DNA of 64,000 nt from Candidatus Velthaea sp. (GTDB lineage Bacteria > Vulcanimicrobiota > Vulcanimicrobiia > Vulcanimicrobiales > Vulcanimicrobiaceae), in NCBI GenBank assembly GCA_965214935.1, contig CBDCCS010000022.1:480001-544000 (forward strand). Reading direction: 5' to 3'. Both the position numbers and the translations under genes were made by a program. Below the pieces are notes generated by a model, which ran no database searches, was not told the DNA's origin, and worked only from the letters and a program-made list of their open reading frames with translations. Below, in pieces: positions 43,113 to 51,407 of this stretch (positions are counted from its first letter, which is position 1; each line of letters begins with the position of its first letter).

Positions 43113-44072
43113 CTACGACCAGTTCAAGATGACTTTGAGGGTCGAGCCGTCCTCGAAAGCCGTCTTGTACGCGGCTTCATAGCTCGCAATCGGATAGGCA
43201 TGTTGCGCGAGGTCGGCAATCGATACGCTGCCGCCGGCAATCAAGTCGCGCGCTGCAAGCAAATCGCCGTGCGTCCACTCCCGTGCAACGAGCAATGTCG
43301 CTTCCTTGACGAACACATCCATGAACGGCGTTGTCAGCACGTCGTAGTACGAAAGCAGCGCGATCGATCCGCCGGGCTTGAGGGCTTTCGCGCACACGGC
43401 AATCATCTCCGATTTACCGGTGGCTTCGATCACGCAATCAAGCGGCGCGCCGGCAACGGCCGCGAGCGTCGTCTGCGACGCATCGACCGACGTCGCTCCG
43501 GCAATGTGGCCGAGTCGCGCCGCATTGGTATCGACTTCAAACAGGGCCGCCGGCTCGAGCGCAGCGATGAAACGCGCGGCGAATTGGCCGATCGCTCCCA
43601 TCCCGACGACGGCGACACGCTTACCGGCAACGTCGCCGAGCCGGCGAACTCCGTGCAGACTCGTGGCGGCGAGTGCTAAGAGCGGCGCATGCGCAAGCGG
43701 AATACCGTGCAGCGGCACAACCTGAGCCGCTTTCTTAATCAATTGCGAGGCTTGACCGCCGAAGGCGGCTGCAACATCGGTGAAGCACATGCTTCCACCG
43801 ACGAATACTTCATCGCCCGCCCGAACGTCGGTAACGTTACTGCCGACATGCGTCACGATGCCGGCGGCTTCATAGCCGGGAATCAAGGGATACCGCAGGT
43901 GCGGAATGGGCGGCAGCTTGCCGTTGAAGAGCAGCCGTTCGGTGCCCGCGGAAATCGACGAATAGCGTGTTGCGACGACGACTTCGTCGGCGTCCGGTTC
44001 ACGCAACGTTACGTCGCGAAAATCCAGCCGGCCCGCGTCGGCGAACACGACGGCTTGGGCGGTTGCGCTCAA
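43113..44072 (-). CDS. bchC: 3-hydroxyethyl bacteriochlorophyllide a dehydrogenase
   Basis: SISAGTERLL, YPLIPGYE, FGG, LLALAAT and KEA.L..A.EW. Translationally coupled to bchF. Confidence 0.9.
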   Translation of the reverse strand: MSATAQAVVFADAGRLDFRDVTLREPDADEVVVATRYSSISAGTERLLFNGKLPPIPHLRYPLIPGYEAAGIVTHVGSNVTDVRAGDEVFVGGSMCFTDVAAAFGGQASQLIKKAAQVVPLHGIPLAHAPLLALAATSLHGVRRLGDVAGKRVAVVGMGAIGQFAARFIAALEPAALFEVDTNAARLGHIAGATSVDASQTTLAAVAGAPLDCVIEATGKSEMIAVCAKALKPGGSIALLSYYDVLTTPFMDVFVKEATLLVAREWTHGDLLAARDLIAGGSVSIADLAQHAYPIASYEAAYKTAFEDGSTLKVILNWS

Positions 44073-44545
44073 TTCGAGCGCACGCGAACCGCGGCGTGCT
44101 TCCCCATGTGCGCGGTCCGCAAGACGTATTGCGCGACGTTCGCGATGTACACGCCGTAAGCCACGATCAGCGTACCGATCTGCGCGGTGATGTTATCCGG
44201 ATGCGTCCAGGCCATCACTAAATAGCCGACGTGCAAAATAAAGACGTTGACGGTCATCGTGTCTTCGCCCATGAACTCCGGCGCGAACCAGTATTCACCG
44301 AAGACGTCCTTCTCCCACAATGCCCCGGTCACGATAGCGCCGAGCATGAGCGCCACTTTCACGAGCACCGATTGGTGGACGGCATCGATCGAGACGCCAC
44401 CGCGGAAGTACGCAAACAGGAGTCCGACGCTAACGAAGAATGCGAGTAGCTGCCCGAGTGCAAAAACCGGATGAATCTTCGTCCAAACGCTCGCGGCGCG
44501 CCGCGCTACCATCTGCTCCGAACTTCCGTATGCCAAAGTGGACAC
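44069..44545 (-). CDS. bchF: 3-vinyl bacteriochlorophyllide hydratase
   Basis: RR.ASVWT, TGALWEKDVFG.YWFAPEF..ED and NVAQY. Confidence 0.93.
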   Translation of the reverse strand: MSTLAYGSSEQMVARRAASVWTKIHPVFALGQLLAFFVSVGLLFAYFRGGVSIDAVHQSVLVKVALMLGAIVTGALWEKDVFGEYWFAPEFMGEDTMTVNVFILHVGYLVMAWTHPDNITAQIGTLIVAYGVYIANVAQYVLRTAHMGKHAAVRVRSN

Positions 44546-44587
44546 GACCCTCCGAAGATTATGCTAGCTTCGCGGTCGCACAGCGAC

Positions 44588-44603
44588 GGTGATAGCGGTC
44601 ACC
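44588..44603. promoter_or_regulatory. Crp-family binding site upstream of bchF
   Basis: GGTGA-TAGCGG-TCACC. A minus-strand TAGCAT begins 29.5 bp from the site centre, the class II spacing. Confidence 0.72.
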
Positions 44604-44839
44604 CGCGCGCGCACCGAATTTCAGCCCGCTACGAAGCCCCTAATCTCCGCTTCTGCAAACCGGCGCGATCACAAGCGGCTTGCCCGTAGAAACAGCCACG
44701 CCGGCAAAGCGTTGAATGCCGACCCGACGGCTGCCGACGGTCCGGATGAATGCCGTCGGTCAGTTATTTGCCGCAATCGATCGCCGAACCGATGCGGCGA
44801 AAGTAAAAATACCAACGCGGCCGGGCGCGCGTTATACCT

Positions 44840-45520
44840 TTATACGATCAGCGCTTCGAGTGAATCGATCTTCAGTATTTCGAGCGTCGCGGCGTGGCCG
44901 TCCATGACGAAGCCTTGCTGGCGGAAGCGAGCCATGTTGCGCGAGACCGTTTCGCGCGCGGTACCAATCATGTTCGCGAGATCCTGATGCGTTACGGGCA
45001 GTTCGATGCGAACGCCACGTTCGGTTGGAACGCCGTATTGCTTCGAGAAGCGAACGAGCACGCGCGCGAGCCGCGACGCAACGTCACGGCCGCGAAAATC
45101 ATCGAGCAGCGTCAATGCATCGGAGACTTGTTCGGTGATGCGCAACATGAATTTCGCCAGTGAATCCGGTGACGAGCGAACGACCCGCTCGAAGGCGGCC
45201 GAATCGACCGAAACGACTTCACTGACGCCCATCGCTTCGACGAATACGTCTTTCCAATAGCCGTTGAGCACCGCGCGATCGCTCCATATCGAACCGGTTT
45301 GAAGAATCGTAATGAGAATCTCGCGCCCGCTCGCCAGCAACTTCGTTACCTTGATCGTGCCCGAAACGCAACGGAACGCGCGTTCAGGCGCAACCTCAGG
45401 ATCCGATATCGATGCACCGGCATCGTATCTGCGACTTTGCGCAGCGCCGAACAGCTCGTCGAGCGGAACGGTGAGTCCGGCAAAGTCGCGCGAATCCGGT
45501 AAGCTCCAGAAAAGATCCAA
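44840..45520 (-). CDS. Crp/Fnr-family transcriptional regulator
   Basis: DVASRLA and LPVTHQDLANMIGTARETVSR HTH. The TTG start abuts the pufC stop. Confidence 0.9.
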   Translation of the reverse strand: MDLFWSLPDSRDFAGLTVPLDELFGAAQSRRYDAGASISDPEVAPERAFRCVSGTIKVTKLLASGREILITILQTGSIWSDRAVLNGYWKDVFVEAMGVSEVVSVDSAAFERVVRSSPDSLAKFMLRITEQVSDALTLLDDFRGRDVASRLARVLVRFSKQYGVPTERGVRIELPVTHQDLANMIGTARETVSRNMARFRQQGFVMDGHAATLEILKIDSLEALIV

Positions 45521-46504
45521 TCAGCGCGACGTCCCCGCGTCAAGATGGGCACCGGGATTCTCGTGAACCTCGGGATGTGCTGCAGCGGCTTCCGCAGGCG
45601 TTTGATCGAGACCCGCAGTCACCAGCGCTTGCGGCCATTTTGCGCCTTGATGGCACGTGTAGCACGTCACCGCTTTGATGTTCGCCGGCAGATACTGATG
45701 GTTGATCTTATCGACCATCGCCCACATGCGGTGCGAGATTTGATTCGTCGGATAATATTGCAGCGAAATGAAATCGGCCGAATTATGGCAGAACAAGCAG
45801 TTCACACCAAGCGATCGCGCCGCCGAATACATCGAGTTCACGACATACCCGGCTTGCTTCGTCGATTTGTACCGATAGTCCAAATACTGCACCGGAACCA
45901 CATTCCATTGCACGGCCATGCGCGGAGCCCCGCGGTGACACGTCACACATCCGACGGCGCCGCTCACGGCGTAGTTCGGATAGTCGTGTTTGACCGGCGA
46001 TATCCACGCTTGTCCAACATCATTGGACATAATCTGCATGGTACGCGCAATCCTTTTCGTTGCCGTGTCATACGCGAAATTTTGGACGTTGTGGCAATAG
46101 GTGCACTGCACGCCGAGCGCGGTCGTATAGTAATTCATCTGGTTGAGCAGCTGAACGTACGAGTATTGCTTGAGCACTTGCACGTTGTACAGCCGGCCAC
46201 CGACGTAATTGCGCGGCACGCTCTTGGGCTGATCGCTAAAATCGAGCGGCGCTGCCTGATTGACGGGTCCGTAGCCTTTGACGGCATCGGTCGGCAATTG
46301 CCCGGCGTTCTCGGTGCCAAGCGATGAAGAGTAGTGCGGCGGCGTCGTTGCGGTCGCGCCCGCCGGTGCAGCCGGTCCGGGCATACTGTTCACTTGCGGA
46401 ATACTCGTGTCGGCGCGCGCTCGATCGAGCAACGGCTGCACGAAGCCCGCTAAAGACAACGTGCAGATGATGACGAGCGGACCAAAGACACGCTTGAGTT
46501 TCAT
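45521..46504 (-). CDS. pufC: Reaction-centre tetraheme cytochrome c subunit
   Basis: Four heme motifs CTYCH, CVTCH, CLFCH and CYTCH, plus NVQVL. Directly follows pufM. Confidence 0.92.
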   Translation of the reverse strand: MKLKRVFGPLVIICTLSLAGFVQPLLDRARADTSIPQVNSMPGPAAPAGATATTPPHYSSSLGTENAGQLPTDAVKGYGPVNQAAPLDFSDQPKSVPRNYVGGRLYNVQVLKQYSYVQLLNQMNYYTTALGVQCTYCHNVQNFAYDTATKRIARTMQIMSNDVGQAWISPVKHDYPNYAVSGAVGCVTCHRGAPRMAVQWNVVPVQYLDYRYKSTKQAGYVVNSMYSAARSLGVNCLFCHNSADFISLQYYPTNQISHRMWAMVDKINHQYLPANIKAVTCYTCHQGAKWPQALVTAGLDQTPAEAAAAHPEVHENPGAHLDAGTSR

Positions 46505-47511
46505 TATCGATTCACCGGTTGAGGCATGTAGACGGGAAGTTCGAGTTTCACTTGATTTGGACGTAAGTTAATCGCACTGCGTGTCATCGGACCGTACTGT
46601 GCGACCGTGCCGTTGTCGACACCCCACACGTACCAATCGTTGGTGATCCAGCCGGTGCTGATGATGCCGATCGCCGAACTGACGACGACGCCGACGGAGA
46701 ACCACCAGATCCAATCATGGATGGTCTTCGGATTCGCGTTGAAGCCCATGGTCCAGCGCCAGAACAGCATCGACTTGTGCGAACCGGAATGCATGTCTTT
46801 GATCTCGGCGACTTCATGATGGCTTCCCTCGGCCGACGTCGCCAGAATCGTCGCGCCGTGCATACCCCAGAGCATCGTCGAACCGAACAGAAAAAAGATC
46901 GCCAGTTGATGCCAGGGGTTGTAATACAAGTTGCCCCAGAGCACGCTGAAATTCTGCGCCCAGTCGATATCGCCGTTGAGTCCCATCGCCGGCGCTTCGG
47001 CCCACGTGCCCATCAAGATCGGCCGGAACACCCAGATCGTCGACGTGAGCAAGATCGCGGAAAGCCAGGCGAAGAACAAATACGGTCGCCAGCTATAGCG
47101 TAGCAACCGCTCCCAGCAGCGAGCCGCCCAGCAGGTGACTGAAGCCGCCCACAAGAGTACGTTGATTTCCCAATACCCGCCCGCCGCGAGACTCGGCGCC
47201 ATTCCTAAACCGTCGGGCGGCGGAACTTGGACGTTGGCGAAGTGCCGAATATATTCGAGCACGTTGCCGTCCATCGATGCGACGCCGGCGGTAAATTGCA
47301 CCAGAAATCCGGCGATGAAAAAGAGCACCGACGCGATGCCCCACGTACCGAGCCATATCGTGCCGATCTGCGTCGGCAGACCGAACTTTGCGAGCAGCCC
47401 GAGATGGAACGGAACGCCTAACCGGACACCGGCCAGATCGCGATCGTCGTAATAACTGGGATTGGGAAGCTCGAAGGATTCGGGCTTGGGCGGTCTGATG
47501 ACGGTAGCCAT
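46504..47511 (-). CDS. pufM: Type II reaction centre M subunit
   Basis: QIGTIWLG, GNLYYNPWH, MHGATIL and FWRWTMGFNA..IH. Confidence 0.96.
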   Translation of the reverse strand: MATVIRPPKPESFELPNPSYYDDRDLAGVRLGVPFHLGLLAKFGLPTQIGTIWLGTWGIASVLFFIAGFLVQFTAGVASMDGNVLEYIRHFANVQVPPPDGLGMAPSLAAGGYWEINVLLWAASVTCWAARCWERLLRYSWRPYLFFAWLSAILLTSTIWVFRPILMGTWAEAPAMGLNGDIDWAQNFSVLWGNLYYNPWHQLAIFFLFGSTMLWGMHGATILATSAEGSHHEVAEIKDMHSGSHKSMLFWRWTMGFNANPKTIHDWIWWFSVGVVVSSAIGIISTGWITNDWYVWGVDNGTVAQYGPMTRSAINLRPNQVKLELPVYMPQPVNR

Positions 47512-47535
47512 CGTGTATGCGCTATCCTCGTTCGT

Positions 47536-48357
47536 TTAATGCGGCATGAAGGGAAGATGCCATTGCCAGAACGCGACCCAGTCTTTGACGAGCGGGCCCG
47601 ACGTTAGAATACACAGGTCGCTCAGGACCAGCGTATAGATCGCCAGCCAAAAACCGAGCCAGTGAATGCCGTACTCGCCGATCGAATAACCGATGTAATC
47701 GCGCCAAAAATTATCGACGTTGGCTTCTTCTTGCACCGGGTTCTTGTCCGTGTTGTACGTTCCGAGGATCGCACTGCCGTGCATAGCAAGCACCATCGCC
47801 GTCAGGAAGAAACCAAGCACGGCATAGGCATGAAACGGGTTCAGATAAAAATTCTGATACCGGAAGCCGGTATTTGAGACCCACGTCAAGTGACCGCTAT
47901 AGCTAAGGTCGAAGCCTTCGCACCAGCAACCCAACAGCAGCGGCCGGATGAACTGCAACACGACCCAAGCCGAAATTGCAAACGAGAACATGAACGGGAC
48001 GTGATAGCCCATTTCGAGCTTGCGGCAGATGTCCACTTCGCGCAGTGCCCAGGCGACGAAAGAAACGGTCGCAAGCACGACGACGGCTTGCCACGCGCCG
48101 CCCTGCATGAACGGAGCGACGCCCAAGCCGTACTGACGCAACGGCGCATGGATGTTCGCCCGCCACAGATCCCAATCGCCGTTTTGGCCGACGGCAATGA
48201 ATAAAACGCCGACGCCCAAAGCGATGGCAAGCGTCGCGACGACGCCCCACAGCCCGACGTAGAAGCGGCCGGCCCACCAATCGAATGGGTCCGTTCCCAA
48301 GATCGAGCGGAAGAGCGTATTTCCCGGTTTGCGATAAGCGCTTTCAAATTCGAGCAT
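47536..48357 (-). CDS. pufL: Type II reaction centre L subunit
   Basis: MLEFE..YR, DPFDWW..FYVG, WALREVDICRKL, HLTWVSNTG, NPFH, MHG and GYSIG..GIH. Confidence 0.96.
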   Translation of the reverse strand: MLEFESAYRKPGNTLFRSILGTDPFDWWAGRFYVGLWGVVATLAIALGVGVLFIAVGQNGDWDLWRANIHAPLRQYGLGVAPFMQGGAWQAVVVLATVSFVAWALREVDICRKLEMGYHVPFMFSFAISAWVVLQFIRPLLLGCWCEGFDLSYSGHLTWVSNTGFRYQNFYLNPFHAYAVLGFFLTAMVLAMHGSAILGTYNTDKNPVQEEANVDNFWRDYIGYSIGEYGIHWLGFWLAIYTLVLSDLCILTSGPLVKDWVAFWQWHLPFMPH

Positions 48358-48384
48358 TACGCTCTCCCCGCGATCGTATGGAAG

Positions 48385-48570
48385 TTATTTGGCGCCGGGC
48401 GCCGGGTTGACTTGCGTCGAAGTACCGGTTCCCGTCGTGTTGGCGGGGAAAATCCAGTTATATTTCGGCGACGACAAGACGATGAAGTGAATCAAGAAGG
48501 CGACGACGACTCCGGCAAGCACGTACGCACCGAGTGTCGCGCGAAAATTATACGGACGGCGAACGATCAT
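48385..48570 (-). CDS. pufA: Light-harvesting antenna alpha polypeptide
   Basis: AFLIHFIVLSS..YNW (A-x-x-x-H BChl ligand, downstream Trp). GGAGG RBS. Confidence 0.9.
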   Translation of the reverse strand: MIVRRPYNFRATLGAYVLAGVVVAFLIHFIVLSSPKYNWIFPANTTGTGTSTQVNPAPGAK

Positions 48571-48585
48571 TGCAGTTGCCTCCTC

Positions 48586-48774
48586 CTACCACGGTTTCCA
48601 GGCCCACACAAAAATGTGAGCGATGACGGCGATGATGAAAAACACCCACGAGCCATAGACCGTGAAGCGATGTGCGGTCCAGTCTGCGTTGTTGAAGAAA
48701 TCGCGGTAAACTTCCGGCACTTGATCGTTGCCGATCTCGTAAACGGAACCGACCGTCGGATCGAGAGATGCCAC
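48586..48774 (-). CDS. pufB: Light-harvesting antenna beta polypeptide
   Basis: NDQVP...FNNADW..H...IAVIAH...W.W.PW. GTG start with a GGGG RBS. Confidence 0.92.
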   Translation of the reverse strand: MASLDPTVGSVYEIGNDQVPEVYRDFFNNADWTAHRFTVYGSWVFFIIAVIAHIFVWAWKPW

Positions 48775-48988
48775 GGTGACCCCCTTAAGCGATGATGAAC
48801 GGCCGCTTCTCGTACGGCCCTTCCGATATCATAGAGCAGCTGATAACGAACCCGGTGTAGCGCGTACTACGCTCGCCGGTTTTTTCCAGCGGCGATCTGC
48901 CGACGTACGCGCGGTACCGGCACGGCCGGCGTGCGCGTAAGAAAACGCCCGGCGGTTACGGAGCTTCCGAGGCGAGCACATCGTCACG

Positions 48989-49036
48989 ATTATATTTTGT
49001 GCCCGCGGCCGAATCGCGGCGGTGCCGCGCATCACA
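48989..49036 (-). promoter_or_regulatory. Putative puf promoter with degenerate Crp-like site
   Basis: Minus-strand TATAAT at 48994-48989 and GGTGC-N6-TCACA at 49021-49036. Confidence 0.45.
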
Positions 49037-49097
49037 AACTCAACCGGCTTCGACCTAGCGGCTTAGCGGGCACGGCAACGAGCCGCGCCGCCGGCGG

Positions 49098-49994
49098 TCA
49101 GCGGATAAAGGCGACCGTCATTGCGGCGAGCATCTTCGAGCGAAACGGCACGTATGCGCGTTTGGTGAAGACATCGTAGCGATTGGCTTCGATGGAGCGC
49201 AATATCTGGCGGTAGAGCGTCAGGGCAAGCCGCACCGTATAGCGAGATTCGGGCGCCAGTAAAGCGATGCCCGGCTCGGCTTCGGTATACAGCCGGCGGA
49301 CGCGCTCGATCTGAAATTCCATGAGCGCAACGAATGCGCCGTCAACGACTTCTTCAAAAACCGACGATTCGGTGTAGCCGAAGCGTGCAAGCTCGTCGAG
49401 CGGAAGGTAGATTCGCCCCATGCGGGCATCCTCGCCGACATCGCGCAGAATGTTGGTCATCTGCATTGCCCGGCCGAGCGCGATTCCATAGTCCAGCGCA
49501 CCGTCGGCGCTATAACCCAATATCGGCGACGTCAATAATCCGACCGTCGATGCGACGAGGTAACAATACTCGCGCAGATGATCGTATGTCTCGTAGCGCC
49601 GCACCGTGATGTCAAGACGCGCGCCGCGCAACAGATCGAGTGCGGGCGCGATCGGGATATCGAACCGGCCGACGGCATCGTACAGCGCGACCATGATCCG
49701 GTCATCCGGATTTCCATCGTACGCAGCGATGAGCCCGCGCTCCCAACTATCGATCGCGGCGAGACGCTCGGCCGCCGGCGTGACTCCATCCACGATGTCG
49801 TCGGCGGTTCGGCAGAACGCATAGACGGCCCAAACCGCCCGCCGTTTCTCGGGTGCCAGAAACAGCGAACTCAGATAAAACGTCTTCGAGTTGCTGCGCG
49901 CGATGTCGCGGCAGTGCCGATAACATTCGTCGAGATATGAAGTTTCGGGTGGTTCCGCCGCGCCCAGTGCGAGGGCCGGCTTAAGCCCGAGCAC
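49098..49994 (-). CDS. crtB: Phytoene synthase
   Basis: SKTFY, YAFCRTADDIVD, YCYLVASTVG and QMTNILRDVGED..GRIYLP. Start is GTG 49994 or TTG 50000. Confidence 0.93.
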   Translation of the reverse strand: MLGLKPALALGAAEPPETSYLDECYRHCRDIARSNSKTFYLSSLFLAPEKRRAVWAVYAFCRTADDIVDGVTPAAERLAAIDSWERGLIAAYDGNPDDRIMVALYDAVGRFDIPIAPALDLLRGARLDITVRRYETYDHLREYCYLVASTVGLLTSPILGYSADGALDYGIALGRAMQMTNILRDVGEDARMGRIYLPLDELARFGYTESSVFEEVVDGAFVALMEFQIERVRRLYTEAEPGIALLAPESRYTVRLALTLYRQILRSIEANRYDVFTKRAYVPFRSKMLAAMTVAFIR

Positions 49995-51405
49995 CGGCAA
50001 ACTCCAGGACGCCGTCGACGGCGTGCCGCGCGCTGCGCATTGCGCCCTCGATACTGGCCGGAAACTTGTGGTTAGTGTAGCAGCCGGCTAAAAAGAGATT
50101 GCGTACCGGTGTCCGATGTCCGGGCCGCAATCGTTCGGCTCCGGGGCTCGCCCGATAGACGCTTTTCGGGACGCGAACGAGTTTGGCTTTGACCAGCGAC
50201 TGCTTTGTGGCGGCGGGATACAGCTTACGCATGTCGGTCATCACGCGGTCGATGACCGTTTCGTCATCCAGTTTAATCAGATCGTCGGCCGGCGCGATGC
50301 AAACTTCGATGAACGACTTGCCCGGCCACTCGTAACCGCTCGATGCTTGACCGAGATCGGCGTGTACCGGCAGCAGCGTGCCCGCACCGAAAATGAGATT
50401 CGTGTGCTTGGAGATCGGCCGGTCGAACCAAAAATGCCCGTTGATGATCGGCGACGACGTGAGCTTCCCGACTCCGTGCACGAGCGGATCGCGCAACATC
50501 TCAGCCGGCAGCAAACGCGCGGCATTATGCACCGGCGTTGCGACAATAACGCTATCGGCGTAGAAGACGCGGCCGTCATCGCAACGCGCGCCGATACACC
50601 GGTCCGCGCTAAAGAGCAATTCGACGACGCGCGCGTCTTTGAGCACGCGCTGCCCGCGTTCGCGGCAATGACGCGCGATGGGGTCGATCAAACGATCGAC
50701 GGGCGGACCATCGAGAAATCCGGCCCGGCTGGCGTTTTTCGAACTGGCGAAATACGCCATCACGCGCAGCATCGCTTCAGCCGAGATTTTCTCGACCGGC
50801 GTGAAGTTCAACGCCAGCGCCATCGGCGCGAAGAACGTCGCGAGCATATGCTCGGACATCTTACGCTTGCGGTGCCAATCGCTGTAGGTGATATCGTCTT
50901 GACGCTCGGCGTACGCGTGGTCGCCGACGAGTACCGGCAACGTGCCGAGCGCAAACAGCAGTTTCTCGTACGTATTGAAGACGTATTTTGCATTGAGGAC
51001 CGCGCCGACGCCGTTGAAGGGCGACGGTGCATCGACGAAATGAAATTCTTCGAATACCGGCTGCGAGCCGACCCGGTTCGAGAAACCCGGCGGCATTGCG
51101 AATGTCAGCGTATGCGGCTGCCACAGGACGTGGTGCGAGATGCCGACGTCGCGCAACAACGCATGGACGGTATCGTAGCCGCCGAAAAACGAGTGCAGTC
51201 CGGTCTCGAGAATGTCGCCGTCACGGTCGCGCCATGATGAAAGCTTCCCGCCTAAAACGTCGCGTTTCTCGAGCACCGTTGCCGAGCGCCCGGCATCAGC
51301 CAGAAACTTCGCGGCCGCCAGGCCCGCCGGTCCGCCGCCGATGATGAGCGTGTCGGTGTCCGTGCGCGCGACATCGGCGTATTCTGATTCAGTGGTTACG
51401 AGCAG
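49981..51405 (-). CDS. crtP: Phytoene/zeta-carotene desaturase of the CrtP/CrtQ (PDS/ZDS) type
   Basis: IIGGGPAGL, LGGKLSSWRD.DGD..ETGLH.FFG.Y, ALNF, FLDG.P, PKSVY..PG and ASIEGA. The start is inferred as CTG at 51405. crtP versus crtQ is tentative. Confidence 0.75.
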   Translation of the reverse strand: MLVTTESEYADVARTDTDTLIIGGGPAGLAAAKFLADAGRSATVLEKRDVLGGKLSSWRDRDGDILETGLHSFFGGYDTVHALLRDVGISHHVLWQPHTLTFAMPPGFSNRVGSQPVFEEFHFVDAPSPFNGVGAVLNAKYVFNTYEKLLFALGTLPVLVGDHAYAERQDDITYSDWHRKRKMSEHMLATFFAPMALALNFTPVEKISAEAMLRVMAYFASSKNASRAGFLDGPPVDRLIDPIARHCRERGQRVLKDARVVELLFSADRCIGARCDDGRVFYADSVIVATPVHNAARLLPAEMLRDPLVHGVGKLTSSPIINGHFWFDRPISKHTNLIFGAGTLLPVHADLGQASSGYEWPGKSFIEVCIAPADDLIKLDDETVIDRVMTDMRKLYPAATKQSLVKAKLVRVPKSVYRASPGAERLRPGHRTPVRNLFLAGCYTNHKFPASIEGAMRSARHAVDGVLEFAGARA

Positions 51406-51407
51406 AA

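Noticed and set aside
44840..45520. O2-sensing FNR/FnrL
   Set aside because: There is no Cys cluster, and the recognition helix is CRP-type (RETVSR).
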